From NCBI RefSeq assembly GCF_036321535.1, contig NC_087436.1, positions 53,260,001-53,324,000 of the forward strand: DNA of 64,000 bases. Direction: 5' to 3'. Shown here piece by piece: positions 1-12,959 of this stretch (positions are counted from its first letter, which is position 1; each line of letters starts with the position of its first letter). The position numbers and the translations under genes were made by a program. The notes beneath the pieces are model-generated. The model was not told where the DNA came from, made no database searches, and was given only the letters and a program-made list of their open reading frames with translations. The DNA is from Camelus dromedarius (taxonomy: Eukaryota).

Positions 1-2193
1 TAAGTATTTTGAATATTACATCTGTCCATCATGTTCCTTGTGCAGAATCTGTTCAAAGTCACAGTGCCAAGCATCGTAAACTAATCAATTATAAAATTAT
101 AAATGGGTATCTAGTTTACTAATTCTTCATGGGTGTGATTCATGTGAATCAGCCTTCAGAATCTGATCAAACGAATACTAATAACATAAAATCAAGTTCT
201 TAAACTTGCAAAGCTGAGAAGTTTCTAGACCCAAGGTAACCTCATCATACTAGAGTCCCATGGAGATGGGATTCAACATTATCCTGGATCTACTCTCCAA
301 CCATCTTAAAGATAATTTAAAACACAAGGAGTGGCTGTGTGGAGCAGCAGACCGGGAAATAGCTGCTTCACTGTGACAGCGGCATTCCCATTGTGCCCGG
401 AAGGCCCAGACAGCCATGAAGCTGTTACCGGTTCCAGAAGATGGAAGAAAAGAGTTGAAGAGTTGATTAATGTTGTGACTTTTCTATAATTTAAGATTGT
501 ACTTCTTCTTCCTTTCTTTCACCTTCCTCACCCATCCCTGCAAAAACTCCCACATTTTAAGGTTAATGTTATATGATTATTTGAGAAGACTTAGACCCCC
601 AACATACTGAGATATGTGGATCCAAGCCTGGCTTCCCATTCCCAGCAGCCAGTAACAGCAGTTCACTGGAGTGGATGAAGGAAATCACAGTGATGTCTGC
701 AGGCTCCAGCCTAGGTGTCTATGTCTTAGCGATCCCTTGCATTTTCAATGACCAGTTCTTATGCTTCTGTCCCTGATGATACTAAGGTTAGCCTGACCTT
801 TCCAACAATGCAGGAGTTTGCTTGGTATTACTTGCCAGATGACTCTGCCCTTTTAATGATAAGTAGCTCAAAAACTTTGTTAACCAATTTCATATTGAAA
901 TTTTTCCTTTTTCTGAGACCAAAATAGTCTTAAGAGTTGCATGCATGTTTCTACTTTTATGCTTTAGAAAACACAGGCAGTTCTTTCTCCCTCCCACAAA
1001 AGCCCAGAGGAATCTCCTCTTCTTCCTCAACTTCCAGTATAAACAGGTCAAAGAAAAACCACAAGAGTTGAGGTGGGGGCCCACTGGGACCTACCGCATT
1101 GCTGCAGCCCAGGGTTCTTCTGAGAGTTCCCTCTGAACACAGAGTGGTCTTGGGCAATGGAGAAGTGGTCTGCGACTACATCTGGTGCTAACATTCCAGA
1201 ATCCTACACCATGTTTTACCAAGACAAGCCCTGAGGGGAACTGTGGGAATAGATGCAAAGGGAGAACAAATCAATGAACTTGACTTAATGACAGCAAGGC
1301 CTCCCAGAGCCACCTTGGCTTTCTTTCCAAGGCCATGATCCTGCCTTCCAGACCTCAGGCAGCTCTCTTCCAGTTGCTGTGATGGTTTGTGGCCTGTCCT
1401 CTGCAAGAAGCAACCCATAAGCTCGTGTTTGTACTGAAGAACTGCTGGGTCTTGGCGCCTTGGAGTTACTTTTAGCTTGTCCTCAGCAAGATACACACCA
1501 AAACCAATTTCACTGTGTGTGTGGGTATGTTTAAAGGGTAGCTTAAAGGGAACAAAACAACTTGGGTTTATACTTTTTCCACAATTCCTGACCTTGAACA
1601 GAAATTCTCCTCAACCAGCACAGTCGGTTGGTGGGATAAGTACAGTGGAGAGTGTATGTGGAACAGATGTGAAGCCCTTGCCTTATGAAAAATCTGCCTT
1701 GGAGTCTTTTCTTAGCCAGGGTGTGCAAGCAGAAGAAAATTTTCTGAAAATGCCAAATATAATCTCAGACAGCAATTCTGAAAGCTGGCACAATGCGCCT
1801 GAAAAAGGATTAGCTGAATCTCCACCTGCCAGGGCAGAGCTCCTGAAACCCCATCTTAACCCTGCTTTTCCAGCAGGGCCCCTCCTCGTGCGGCCAGGCA
1901 GAGCGAGAGATTAAAGAGTGGGTCGCAGCTGGTTGTTGGACTTACCACCTGAGTTTGTAGTGTTTGAAGGCCAGAATAAAACTCCACCCTTAAGGACTGG
2001 TTTGCTAAGGCAGAACAAAAGCCAGCAGTGCCCGTTGTGATGCTGGTGGCCGGAGGCTGTGTGCTGCTGGATCCTGCAAGTGCAGAACTGTTTCTGCTAT
2101 TAATGACTCAGCAGTAAACTGAGCTCCATCTCCCTGGGCACACAAGGGCCCTTTTCTTACTTTCTCAACCTGAGGGCTATCACTTACTGTCAT

Positions 2194-2290
2194 TTTCTTT
2201 CTTCTTTTTTTAAAAATTGAAGTGTCGTTGATTTACAGTGTTCATTTCAGTGTCCAGCAAAGCGATTCAGTTATACACACACAAACACAC
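2194..2290 (-). mobile_element. Short L1 3'-end fragment
   Basis: T-rich tract then AATTGAAGTGTCGTTGATTTACAGTGT...GATTCAGTTATAC, typical of a cetartiodactyl L1 tail read antisense. Confidence 0.6.
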
Positions 2291-2730
2291 ATCCAGTTCA
2301 CTGTCGTTCCCACGTACTGAGCGCTTGGCAGTTTGACAGGCATTTCCACATGCGGTGCCTTACTTCAGCTTCACAGGCCCCGCGGTCGGTGTAATTCCCT
2401 CTCATTGTGAAGTTCAGAGCATTCAGCGTCTTGTCACGAGCACTTACCAGTCACTGCTACAGGTGACAGTCAAACCTGGTTCTCCTGACCCCGGTGACTG
2501 TACTTACTCCCCTGCTGTCATTATGAGGCTGGCTGATCAGAGTCCCGGTTGGGGTCCGTGACAGAAGGCTGCTCCTGAGGATGAGGGTCCGGGACATGAG
2601 AGAGGAGGGCTGACAGCCTGAAGCGCCCATGCCCGTGTGCACCCCACACACTCACAGACTGTGCAGTGAGGCAGGGTGTGCAGAGGGTGACCCACCTGGC
2701 TGCCCCTGCCAGGGACTCTCCTGGGTTTAG

Positions 2731-3252
2731 TGTGGGGTTCGAGGACAAGTAAGAGGCCCCACAGAGAGCCAAAGGGGGCTCCAGGCCCAGGAGGTCTGCC
2801 CGCACCCTCATCACTCACGTCATGAAGACATAAACCAGAAAACACAAAGAACATTCCTCTCCCAACATGTAATTGTTTTAGCCCAACTAACAACCCTGAG
2901 TTGTGACCTAACAAACCCCTCCCCCCCGAAAGTTCCTCAAGCCCACCAGATGACCTACCTCGTCCTAAAGAGAAACTGTGCCTTCCCCGGGCATAACAAA
3001 CACAAGCCCTTAGATGATGATCAGCTGACGTCTGGAAACCTCCAAAATGACCCTCTTCCTTAAAGCACATAGGTGGGCAGGCCCTCCCTTATAAAGACCC
3101 TAAGAATCTGCCCTTAGAGCACACAGACACTGCTCATCTGTCAGTCTGCTGTTGCCTGTAGCAGTGTACCTAATAAACTTTTCTTTCACTTTTCTTTGTT
3201 TCTGGTAAAATCTTTTACCACCTGCAGTACCGGCCTACCTCATCCCACAACA
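2731..3252 (+). mobile_element. Solo ERV LTR
   Basis: TGT...ACA termini; flanks TTTAG/TTTAC (near-TSD); TATAAA at 3090-3095; AATAAA at 3172-3177 followed by a T-rich U5-like segment. Confidence 0.7.
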
Positions 3253-5399
3253 TTTACCCCTGAAAATCTGGCCTCCCAGGAGCCCCCTCAATCCTGGGCA
3301 CACCGGGAGGGTTGGCCACTCCCCAGATGGATCATATTCTGTCTCCCTGAATTCCTGGTATTACCTCTAGGTTCAGAAGATCCTTGGTCCCAAACTCTTG
3401 GGAAATTTTAGAGGCTTCTGGGACCGCACAGTTGATCTCTGCAAGACATTTACTGAACCTGGACTTGGGTCATTTTATTCCAAGTGGTTACAATTTAAAT
3501 ATTTTTAAAATCTAAGCCCTTGGTTACCAATGGGAACCAGGTTAACAATATTTGCAACTGATTCTGAACGAGGCAGAACAGGAAGTGCTTTCAGTCCTCA
3601 CCATTAATCCTCAAGACATAATTTGGTGATTATTACTCCCATTTTACAGATGTGGTGTTGAGGTCATACATATTCAAGCCAGGCTCCAGGCCCTGAACCA
3701 GCTGTTTCTCACTCCAAAGCCCATACTCCTGCAGTACGTTTCTCAAAGTTCTTCCAGATCCCAAGCATCCTGTCCCAAGCAAATTGGAGCTCAGTGGGTG
3801 CTTCGAGATCAGCACCTTTCTTTAGAAGCTCTTGGAAACTCTGGAGTAGAATCAGGTTCACAGCATTTAGGAGATTAAGTTTTTTGAGAGGTCTGGCCCC
3901 AGAATTTCATAGAAACAGTGTAAAAGAGTTTACAAGAGAGATTCAGTTGGTAACTTTTCCAAACCAAAAATTAGGACCGATGGATGACATGTACCATGCA
4001 ACATGACCATGAATTTTTTTAGCTCTTTTTTTTCTAATAGGTTACCTTGCAAGTTTCAGCTTTTGTCTTTTTAACACCCAATCAATTCTCCTACAGGAGG
4101 GATTAGGACTGTAAAGATTTATATAGATATTAAACCTCACTCGACTTACTATGTTCTTATAAAACTTTGTGTTCCAGATTAAGTCCTATAAGATTTTGTC
4201 AAGGCCTTTAAGAGGGAGTTTACCAAATGAGCATTTGTACATTTGTGCTGGCACCACCCACGCTGGTACTATTCTGCCTTTGTTCATAAGAAAACATTTT
4301 TTTTTAATAAGGAAACAATTTTTTTGTGGCTGAGATAAATTAGAATTACTATTTTAATTGCTAATTCTGAATTAGGCATATAGATTTTAAATTGAACCTA
4401 CAACACTTTTGCATTGAGACAGATATCTGTAGCAAAGTTTACCCCAGTTTTTTAAAAGAAAGTTTTGTCCATTTTTATTGTCTGAAAAATATTTCATGAT
4501 CGGAACAGTTTTGAAGACTTAGAAAACCTGCCTCACTGACTGACTCCACAAGAGTAAAATCTCTTTTGTGTAGAATGAATGAATGTACTTGGAGGTGAAT
4601 GTGCTAGTGTACCCCCAAAAACTGTAAAAAATAAAATCAATCCTAGACACTCGATCAATATAGACAGTCGATTCAGGAGATTCTAGCATCATTGCATCTG
4701 ATTTTAAGAAATCGTGGCTTGAAGGAGTTAAAGTTACTTCAGAAGAGTGAAGCACTTGCCCAAGTAAAGGAAAGCCCTTTGGCATTTGAGAGCCTGTATA
4801 CAGGCTGGACTTCAGTTCCCCGTCTGCCCCGCACTATGTGCGTTTGTGTCATGCACAACCTGTACAACCATATGGGACAGCTCTGTGTATAATGGTGATT
4901 TGGGTTCAGGTCACAATTTGTCTACATGCAGAGGCCACAAGTTTTACTTATTTTTTTTCCCCCAAACGTCTAGAAACCATAGCTGACGGTATCTATGTTC
5001 TATATACCCCCAACTCCGTTCTCCCAATATTTACCTTCTATTCAATTTGTTTACATTTCCTTGACCTTATTTTCACTTATGTTTAATTATATGTTTTCCA
5101 CAAACTACATCAATTCTTTGTAGCATGAAGTAGAGTATAAATGTACACACACACATATCCCCAAAATCAGCTGTGCCCAGCAGAAAAGCGAAAGAAGGTT
5201 TTAATCAGTTGTGTTGAGCTGAACTAAACTGACCCACTTTTACATCCCCAGATATAAAGTAGTTAAGAAAGCTCTCAGGCATTTTCAGTGGGTTTTATTA
5301 TTCTGTCTTTGTTAGATCTCTACCCATGGTTTGATCATTAAAAGTTACTATATTTATTTTCACAACTTGACTGTTTAGGGTGGGGCTCATGGATGACTG

Positions 5400-5533
5400 T
5401 AGAGTCTTGAAGGCTTTGAGTCATATTGCTGAAGGCAGAAGGCACAAAATATTTTTAATTACAGCAGACTGAGCTGGACATCAGTCAGAAAAAGTCTCTG
5501 TTTACTGAAATACAGAATGAAGAGAGAGACAGG
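5400..5533 (+). promoter_or_regulatory. Remnant ADH7 promoter and 5' UTR with a consensus AP-1 site
   Basis: TGAGTCA at 5417-5423; the leader CATCAGTCAGAAAAAGTCT...GACAGGATG resembles the recalled human ADH7 leader. Confidence 0.55.
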
Positions 5534-6846
5534 ATGGGCACTACTGGAAAAGTATGCAGAACATTTCTGTATCCTTGTTATTATTCTAATAATGGGGGGT
5601 TGGTTGTTAGAACTTGAGATACCTTCATGTAATTAAATACGTGGGGCTATTTCTTGAGGAATTAAATGTCTGTTGAGCACGCACACACTGGGGGTGGGTT
5701 GGGGGAGGGAAGCACTGGGTGGGGTTTCAGAAAATGCCAATAGGAATAGGTTAAAGCAACATATAGAAGGTTTTTCACTAAGACATTGAGGGGGGTGGAG
5801 AAACATGGTTTCTATTGATGTTAGTAATTTAATTTTGGGATAGCTGGGCATTTGCACTGGTGAGCAAAATGTTTCCATAAGGAGACTTTCAACAGCACGT
5901 GTTGTATTCACTACTGTAGTCCAATGGGAGACCAAGGTCTCATTCTCAGCTGTCAGAAAAGATTTTCCTGCTGTTGACAATGGAATGATGCTAAATCTGG
6001 AATGCAAAGTATCATGCTTTTAAGGTTTCTTAAGGATGCAGTTTTCATCAGAATATAAGTTTTAAAATCTTTAAAAACAAGAATACACTGTAGGTAAAAT
6101 GTGTTCATTCTTTAAAAACAGAGTTGGCATTAACTTTAGAAATAGCTTTGGCATTTTTTCCATTTGCAAGTTGGTTAGTATAGTTCCTTGCTTTAAGTGG
6201 ATACACAATTGTTTATAGTATTAGGTATTTTTGTTTTGGTTTTATTTAAACAATTTTGCATTTAGCCTACCTTAACGTTTTAGAAAAAATGAAGGTGACA
6301 TTTGAAGTCTGGGTAGTATGACAAGTGAGGAGGACTTCTGATGTTAGAATTTGAAATAATTGTTCCTGGAATTGAATAAAACAGAATAAAAGCATTTTAG
6401 CTTGGGTAAAGTCCCAGCAAAACTAGATTAATTATGGAATTAATTTTGGACTATGCAGGCTAGCAACTCTACCCACAGAAATTAATGAATCTTAGGGTTG
6501 GAAGAAATCTTAAAAATGTGCAACTCCATCCAACCAACAGGTGCTTGACTTTAATTATGCTACCTCTATAAAGTGGTTATCTAGCCATTGTTAGAACATT
6601 TCCAGTGACTCAGTAGCCTCAAGGCAGCACTTTCCAATTATAATTAATGATGCAATATATAACTTAAGATATAGCATAAAAGCTATAGAGATAGGCGTGC
6701 AATAGAGTGGTTTGCGTAAGGGTGCTGTATTTCCCAAGTTGCCTTAGGGTTTCAGTGCGGCTCAGGAAAGGAGAACGTCTCTTTACATTTGGGATTACTT
6801 TTTTCTTTTTTTGTAATAAATGTTTTTTAACTAAAAAGTTAATAGA

Positions 6847-7241
6847 TGATTAGTTTGCTAGGGCGGCCGCGTGACGAAGTTCCACAGAATGGGTGGCTTA
6901 AACAACAGAAATTTATTTTCTCACAGTTCCGGAATCTGGAAGTCTGAGATCAAGGTGTCGGCAGGGCTGGTTTCCCCTGAGGCCTCTCTCCTTAGATTGT
7001 GGATGGAGACAAGACACCTTCTGTCTGTGTTTTCACAGGGTCTTTTCTCTGAACATGTCTGTGACCTAATCTCTGCTTATAAAGACACCAGTTGGACTGG
7101 ATTAGGACTCACCCCAATGACCTCATTTTAACTTAGTTACCCCTTAAAAGACCCTATCTCCAAATACAGAGACATTCTGAGGTACTGGGGATCCAGATTT
7201 CAACATATGAATTTGAGGGGAACACAATCCAGCCCATTACA
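6847..7241 (-). mobile_element. MLT1 (ERVL-MaLR) LTR in ADH7 intron 1
   Basis: GGCTTAAACAACAGAAATTTATTTTCTCACAGTTC...GAAGTCTGAGATCAAGGTGTCGGCAGGG...CAACATATGAATTT hallmark motifs. Confidence 0.85.
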
Positions 7242-7689
7242 ATAATCATTCTAGAAAATCTGGATAATCAGAAAATATGAGGAGAAAAAAATCAACTATA
7301 GTCTTACATCCTAAAGACTCACCACTGATTTCATTTTTGTTTTTATCTCCCTCCTTACATTTTTCCATCCATATTTTATGTAGTTGCACTCACACAATGT
7401 ATAAATATTCTGTCCTGTTTTTCCAACTTAATAGAAGCATTCTCAAAATTTATAACAATTTACAAATCTTTTTAAAATGTCTAACTCTAATTTCTAGATT
7501 TATAATTTATTTCATCACTTCTCTATTATTATCTATGTATTTGTTTACACATATTGTTTATATATCTCTTCTTATAAATAGTGCTTGATGACCTATAATT
7601 TATATTAATATTTTTCTGAATTTACCACTTCTTTAAGTTAGATTTTCTAAAAGGGATTATTGGGCAAAAGAGTCAAAGTATTCTTAAGT

Positions 7690-8028
7690 AGGGTACAAAG
7701 TTTGGGTTATACAAGATGAATGAGTTCTGTAGATTTAATGTAGGCATAGTGATGACTGTTAACAATATTGTATTGTATACTTGAAATTTGCTAAGGGGGA
7801 TAAATCTTAAATCTTCTCAACACACACACGCACACACACGAACACACAATAGGAACTAAGTAGAGTAACTAAGTAAAGTAACAATTAGTAACTAAGTAGA
7901 GGTGATGGATAAGTTACTTCGCCTGATGGTGGTCTTTTCACAATGTGTACATATATCAAAACATCAAGTTATATTCCTTAAACATATACAATCTTTATAT
8001 TCCAAAGATACCTCAATAAAGTTGCTAA
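7690..8028 (+). mobile_element. L1MA-type 3' UTR fragment containing a (CA)n tract
   Basis: GTATTGTATACTTGAAATTTGCTAAG...ACCTCAATAAAG motifs. Confidence 0.8.
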
Positions 8029-9666
8029 ATAGAAAGTGACCATCTACAAGAAAAAAGAAACCATTCTAGTATCCTGATGCACACCGCAAATTATTTTCCA
8101 AAGGTGTTGACACAAATGACATTGCCCATTTCACCATCCCTTTGACAATACTGTGTATTGTAAGTAAAAAGTCATACCAACTTAATACAGAATTATGTCT
8201 TATTATTTTTATTTAAGAAAACTTTTTATAACTGAGGAAAACAAACAATTTGCCTTTTCCTCTTCCTGTTTTTTGCACGTGTCTCTAGGTGTAACATGTG
8301 GGAGGGCAGAAGTAGCAAGAGTGGAGTTTTAATACTTCCCTTACAAATTTGGTTAAGCATTGCATACATGAAAAATGTTAACTCTTGTCACTTTTGCTTT
8401 AAGTTCTTTTTCCCTCAGACTACTTGCTTAAATTACTTACATTTGGAAGATTTATTTACTGTTTCTCAACACGTAACATGTTCATTCTTAGAAGTTTCCT
8501 TTACAACTTTTTTTCTATCATTCTTAAGTGTAAAATTTCCCCCATGCTCCATAGATTTGATATTTATGTCTTTACTTATTGATAAAATAGTGGGACTTTA
8601 AAACTAAATCTCAGCTATTAATCCAGCAGGATTTTTGGTGTGAGATTTCTAACTTCAGGATTGGGCCACATTACACTGTGACCCATAATGTTTGCCTTTG
8701 AGACGCAGAGGATGAATGTTAACGTCAGTAATGGCTTTCGGCCACCCATCTGTTTCCAGCATATCCTTTCTCACATTTAATCTCTTTGCAAAAGAGCCAA
8801 GTAGCCGTCCATCTAAAGAAGATCCTTAGTTATTAGTAAACAAGTAAGATGAGCGATAACTCATCATTTTTCACCTGAACAAATTAATTAAAATATGTTG
8901 TATGATTCCTAGACAGATTTGGGGATGGAAAAGCAAGAAAGTATCTCTCCTGCTCCTCACTCCTCACTGATTTCAATAATGTCAGCAAAATTATTTAACT
9001 GAATAATTATGCCAAAACCAGCTGAACAGCCGGAGGCTACTTGCTGAGCTCTCCACCCCTTATTTCCACTCCTGTAAGATGAGAGGTTTTACCTTGCCTA
9101 TCTGGACCCGCGAGATGCAAGAACAGGGCTAGATGCAAAAAGGGATTCAGAGACGCCAAGACACAGACTGAGTCATCCAGGAACTCACAGTCTATATACT
9201 TCATGACATGCATGTTTCCCTTCATTTCTAACCAAGCAAATTTTCTAATTTTGTCACCACTGCTACATGATTTATAGCAATTAAATACTGGCTTAGATTC
9301 TTGCAGATAAATCAGCAGCATTTTCTGTTTTATACATTTGCTCTTGTGAGTGATACACAGGTGACATTTTGTTACTTTGTAGCAGAAGGACTTAGTCTAG
9401 TGAAATATTTATGTGACCACAGGCAGAAAAAGCAAAGGGCTGGAAATCGTGTACCTCAGATCTAGTCCAGCCCTGGTTCTCATGTGCTATGTGACCATGG
9501 ATCAATTATTTAGTGTCTCTGGGCTGCATTTCTCATGTATCAAACATGTGTGTACCTAAGATGATCTCTAGGGATTACAATGTGCTCTTCTGCCCAGATT
9601 CGTATTATTTGGAGTCTGTATTTGTAAAGACATAAATGGGACCTATTATCACTTTCACCAACTTAA

Positions 9667-9780
<114 letters not shown>

Positions 9781-10413
9781 TAGAGTGCATACACCTGAAA
9801 TATTATCACACCTGTATTGAGTATGTCATTGTTGTGAGGTTGGATTCTTAAAAAAGGAGATGTTTCCCAAATTTTGGATATTAATTCTCATACTGGTTTT
9901 TGTTTATTGTTAAGGATCTGGTCATATTGGATATAAAATTAATGACAATTATCAATTAAAAAACACTGCTAATCTGCTCTATTACAATTTTTATTTGTTG
10001 AATCTTTATTGACCCAAGGTCTGATAAAAATGGTTAATAATCCTGCCAAATGATTACTTTAAAAATCTTCTGGGTATCAGTTAGCATTGAGATTATTTTT
10101 CACAAAGAATGAGGGACTCATTTGTGCCTGGAGTGTTTCCCACGCTCCTTTGGACAGAGCTTAACCATTAAGCTGGACCCTGGGTTGTTGAGTAGGCATT
10201 GCTGCCAATCTTTCTTTGACCTTCTCCTCACCTGAGCACTGTGGCAACAGTACCCTTTGCTTACTTATCTTCTTGCAATCATTTTACCTTTCATTAAGAG
10301 AGTCCTAGGAGTACCTTGCTGTACTCCTTGAGTAGATTGAGCAATCTACTCAAATGCTGGTCACATGGTTACATCTACATTCTAGTTCCCACACAAGAGC
10401 ATCAATTTGCTTC

Positions 10414-10640
10414 AAAAATTTGCAGATACTAACAAATATATATACAGAATAGATAAACAACAAGTTTATACTGTATAGCACAGGGAACCATATTCAACAA
10501 CTTGTAGTAACTTATGGTGATGAAGAATATGAGAATGAATGTATGCATGTTCCTATGTGACTGAAGCACTGTGCTGTACACCAGAAACTGACAACATTGT
10601 AAACTGACTGTACTTCAATAAAAATATATTTTTTTAAAAA
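10414..10640 (+). mobile_element. Young cetartiodactyl L1 3' end
   Basis: ATACTGTATAGCACAGGGAAC...TGTACACCAGAAACTGACAACATTGTAAACTGACTGTACTTCAATAAAA plus an A/T tail. Confidence 0.85.
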
Positions 10641-10867
10641 GGCACTGAGATTCAAAGTAAGGCCAAAGGCAGCAATACTGTAAATTCTTTAAGGAGAGGC
10701 ATCTGATCTGATGATTGATAGTCAGCTCAGTATCTCCTAAGAGTCAAGACTATTATAGTAGGCAATCATACTGGATAAGCAATTATAATCTTTTCAAGAG
10801 ACAGTTAAATATCCTCTCAACTGTAAAGTGACTAATTTGCTGCTGGGCTTAATATTGTTGTCTCTGA

Positions 10868-11056
<189 letters not shown>

Positions 11057-11202
11057 TAGCCTATCAAAGGGAATAGTACAACTAGGAATTATGCAAGGAG
11101 GATACGAGAATAAAAGGAGAATGGATCATACAGTGAAGTTTAATTTGGCAAAATCTCAACCTTTAGCGAGCAAACTTGATGGTGCTTATAAGCTTTAGAA
11201 TA

Positions 11203-11499
11203 CAGGCATACCTTGTTTTATTGCACTTTATTGTGCTTCACAGATACTGCATTTTTTACATATTGAAGGTTTGCGGCAATCCCGAGTCAAGTGAGTCTAT
11301 CGGCGCCGTTTCTCCAATAGCGTTATTTTAAAATTAAGGTATGTACATTGTTTTTTAGATACAACAGTACTGCACATTTATTAGACTATACTATAGCATA
11401 AACATAACTTTTATATGCATTGAGAAATCAAAAAAATGTATGGCTCACTTTTTTGCAGTGGTCCGAAACCAAACCCATAATGTCTCCAAGGTATGCCTG
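11203..11499. mobile_element. Internally deleted Tigger1-type DNA transposon in ADH7 intron 3
   Basis: Perfect 13-bp TIRs CAGGCATACCTTG / CAAGGTATGCCTG; 5' flank TA, 3' flank TG (mutated TA). Confidence 0.88.
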
Positions 11500-12309
11500 T
11501 GTATTCTTAAGAAATTCTTGCACATGGCGTGGGCTAAATGCACATTAACTTGTTTCATACTTTAATGTTAATGACCAACACCTTTTATCACGATGTTTTC
11601 GCTCTAGATGGCAAAGTCATCCCCCTCTTTCTGCCTCAGTATAGAGAATGCCATGTTTATCGCCACCCAGACGGCAACCTTTGTATAAGGTGCCAGTAGG
11701 TTTCAGTCACTTTTGTCTAGTGCCATTTAAGTTGTTTCTGTGCTAATTTTTGAACTGAAATAACACGTATTTGACGTATCAAATAGCGTTACTAGTTGTG
11801 GAGTCCTGGGTGATGGCACCACCAGGGTTACATGCAATGGCAAACTGGTCTACCCCGTTGTGCACACCAGTGTGTTTACTGCGTGGACAGTGGTCGGCAA
11901 AACGTCTGTTGCTAAGGCTGATGATGCAGCTCCTCCTGAGAAAGCCTGTTTAACTGGATGTGGATTTTCCACTAGATATGGGGCTGCTGTTAAGGTAAGG
12001 TAAGAAGCGGTGTGGGCTGGTTCCTTCTTTTTAAAATTTTTTAAATGCTTTTTTTTTTTGAAAACTGAAGATTTGGGGGGAAAAAACTCTTAAAACATAT
12101 CTCATATGCAGGCTGTTTCTATACAATGACAAGTCAACTGGAAGAAAAATGAAAACTTCAGATTAGAAATTTTATTTCTAAATAACTAGAAGTGAAATGT
12201 CTAGGTTTAATTTTGCTTTCCTCCGTATTTCCCTCAGGTTCGTTTCTAAAACTGGGATTCATATCTAAAATTAATACTTTTTTCTTTCACAAAATAAATA
12301 TCCCTGCTG

Positions 12310-12728
12310 GTGTGTTAGTTTGCTGCAGCTGTTGTAGCAGCATACCACAGATCTTGTGGTTTAAACCACAGGAATTTATTTCTCACACTCTGGAAACTAG
12401 AAGCCCCGAATCAAGGTGTCGGCAGGGTTCGTTCCTTCTGAGGGTGGGGAGTAAAGGATCTCTTCTAGGCCTCTCTCTTTGGCTGTCTTCTCCCTCTGTT
12501 TCTTCATATCACCCTCCCTCTGTGTCAGTCTTTTTGTCCAAATTTCCCCTTTCTATAAGGACACTAATTATATTGGATTAGGGTCCACCTAATGGCCTTA
12601 TTTTAACTTATTACCTCTGCAAAGACCCTATCTCCAAATAAGATCACACTGTGACGTACTGGGGGCTAAGACTTCAACATATGAATCTGGAGGGGGTGGG
12701 GTGGGGACACAAATCAGCCTCTAATAGC
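12310..12728 (-). mobile_element. MLT1 (MaLR) LTR
   Basis: Same MLT1 motifs as the 6847-7241 copy (TTTATTTCTCACACTCTGGA, AAAGACCCTATCTCCAAATA, CTTCAACATATGAAT). Confidence 0.85.
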
Positions 12729-12959
12729 TGGTATGAAATAGTATGAAAACTATAGTATGAAACAGCATGAAGAGTATGAAAACATGAATGCATTTTGAAG
12801 GGCGATTATTTGGACTCAGTTTATGTTACTCCTAATGAGTTGAAGAAGTAAGCAGAGTAGCACGCAATTCATACACAGTAAAATTATTCCCACAAGCAAT
12901 CCAGGCAATCCCCACACTGTGGTGGTCCCATCCAATTCCAAAGTCTTGAAAATAATCTA

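Noticed and set aside
600..1914. Possible processed pseudogene or coding ORFs (1188..1496, 1477..1914)
   Set aside because: The frames I translated gave no recognisable protein, and I saw no poly(A)/TSD. A blastx search would settle it.
2469..2495. GTCAAACCTGGTTCT (VKPGS) resembling the start of the missing ADH7 exon 6
   Set aside because: Similarity stops after five codons with no GLGGVG; it lies upstream of exon 1 and looks MIR-like.
2537..3070. 177-aa minus-strand ORF
   Set aside because: Runs antisense through the solo LTR and has no recognisable domain.
12731..12790. Repeated (A)GTATGAAA motifs as a structured array
   Set aside because: Short, irregular, low-complexity slippage repeat.
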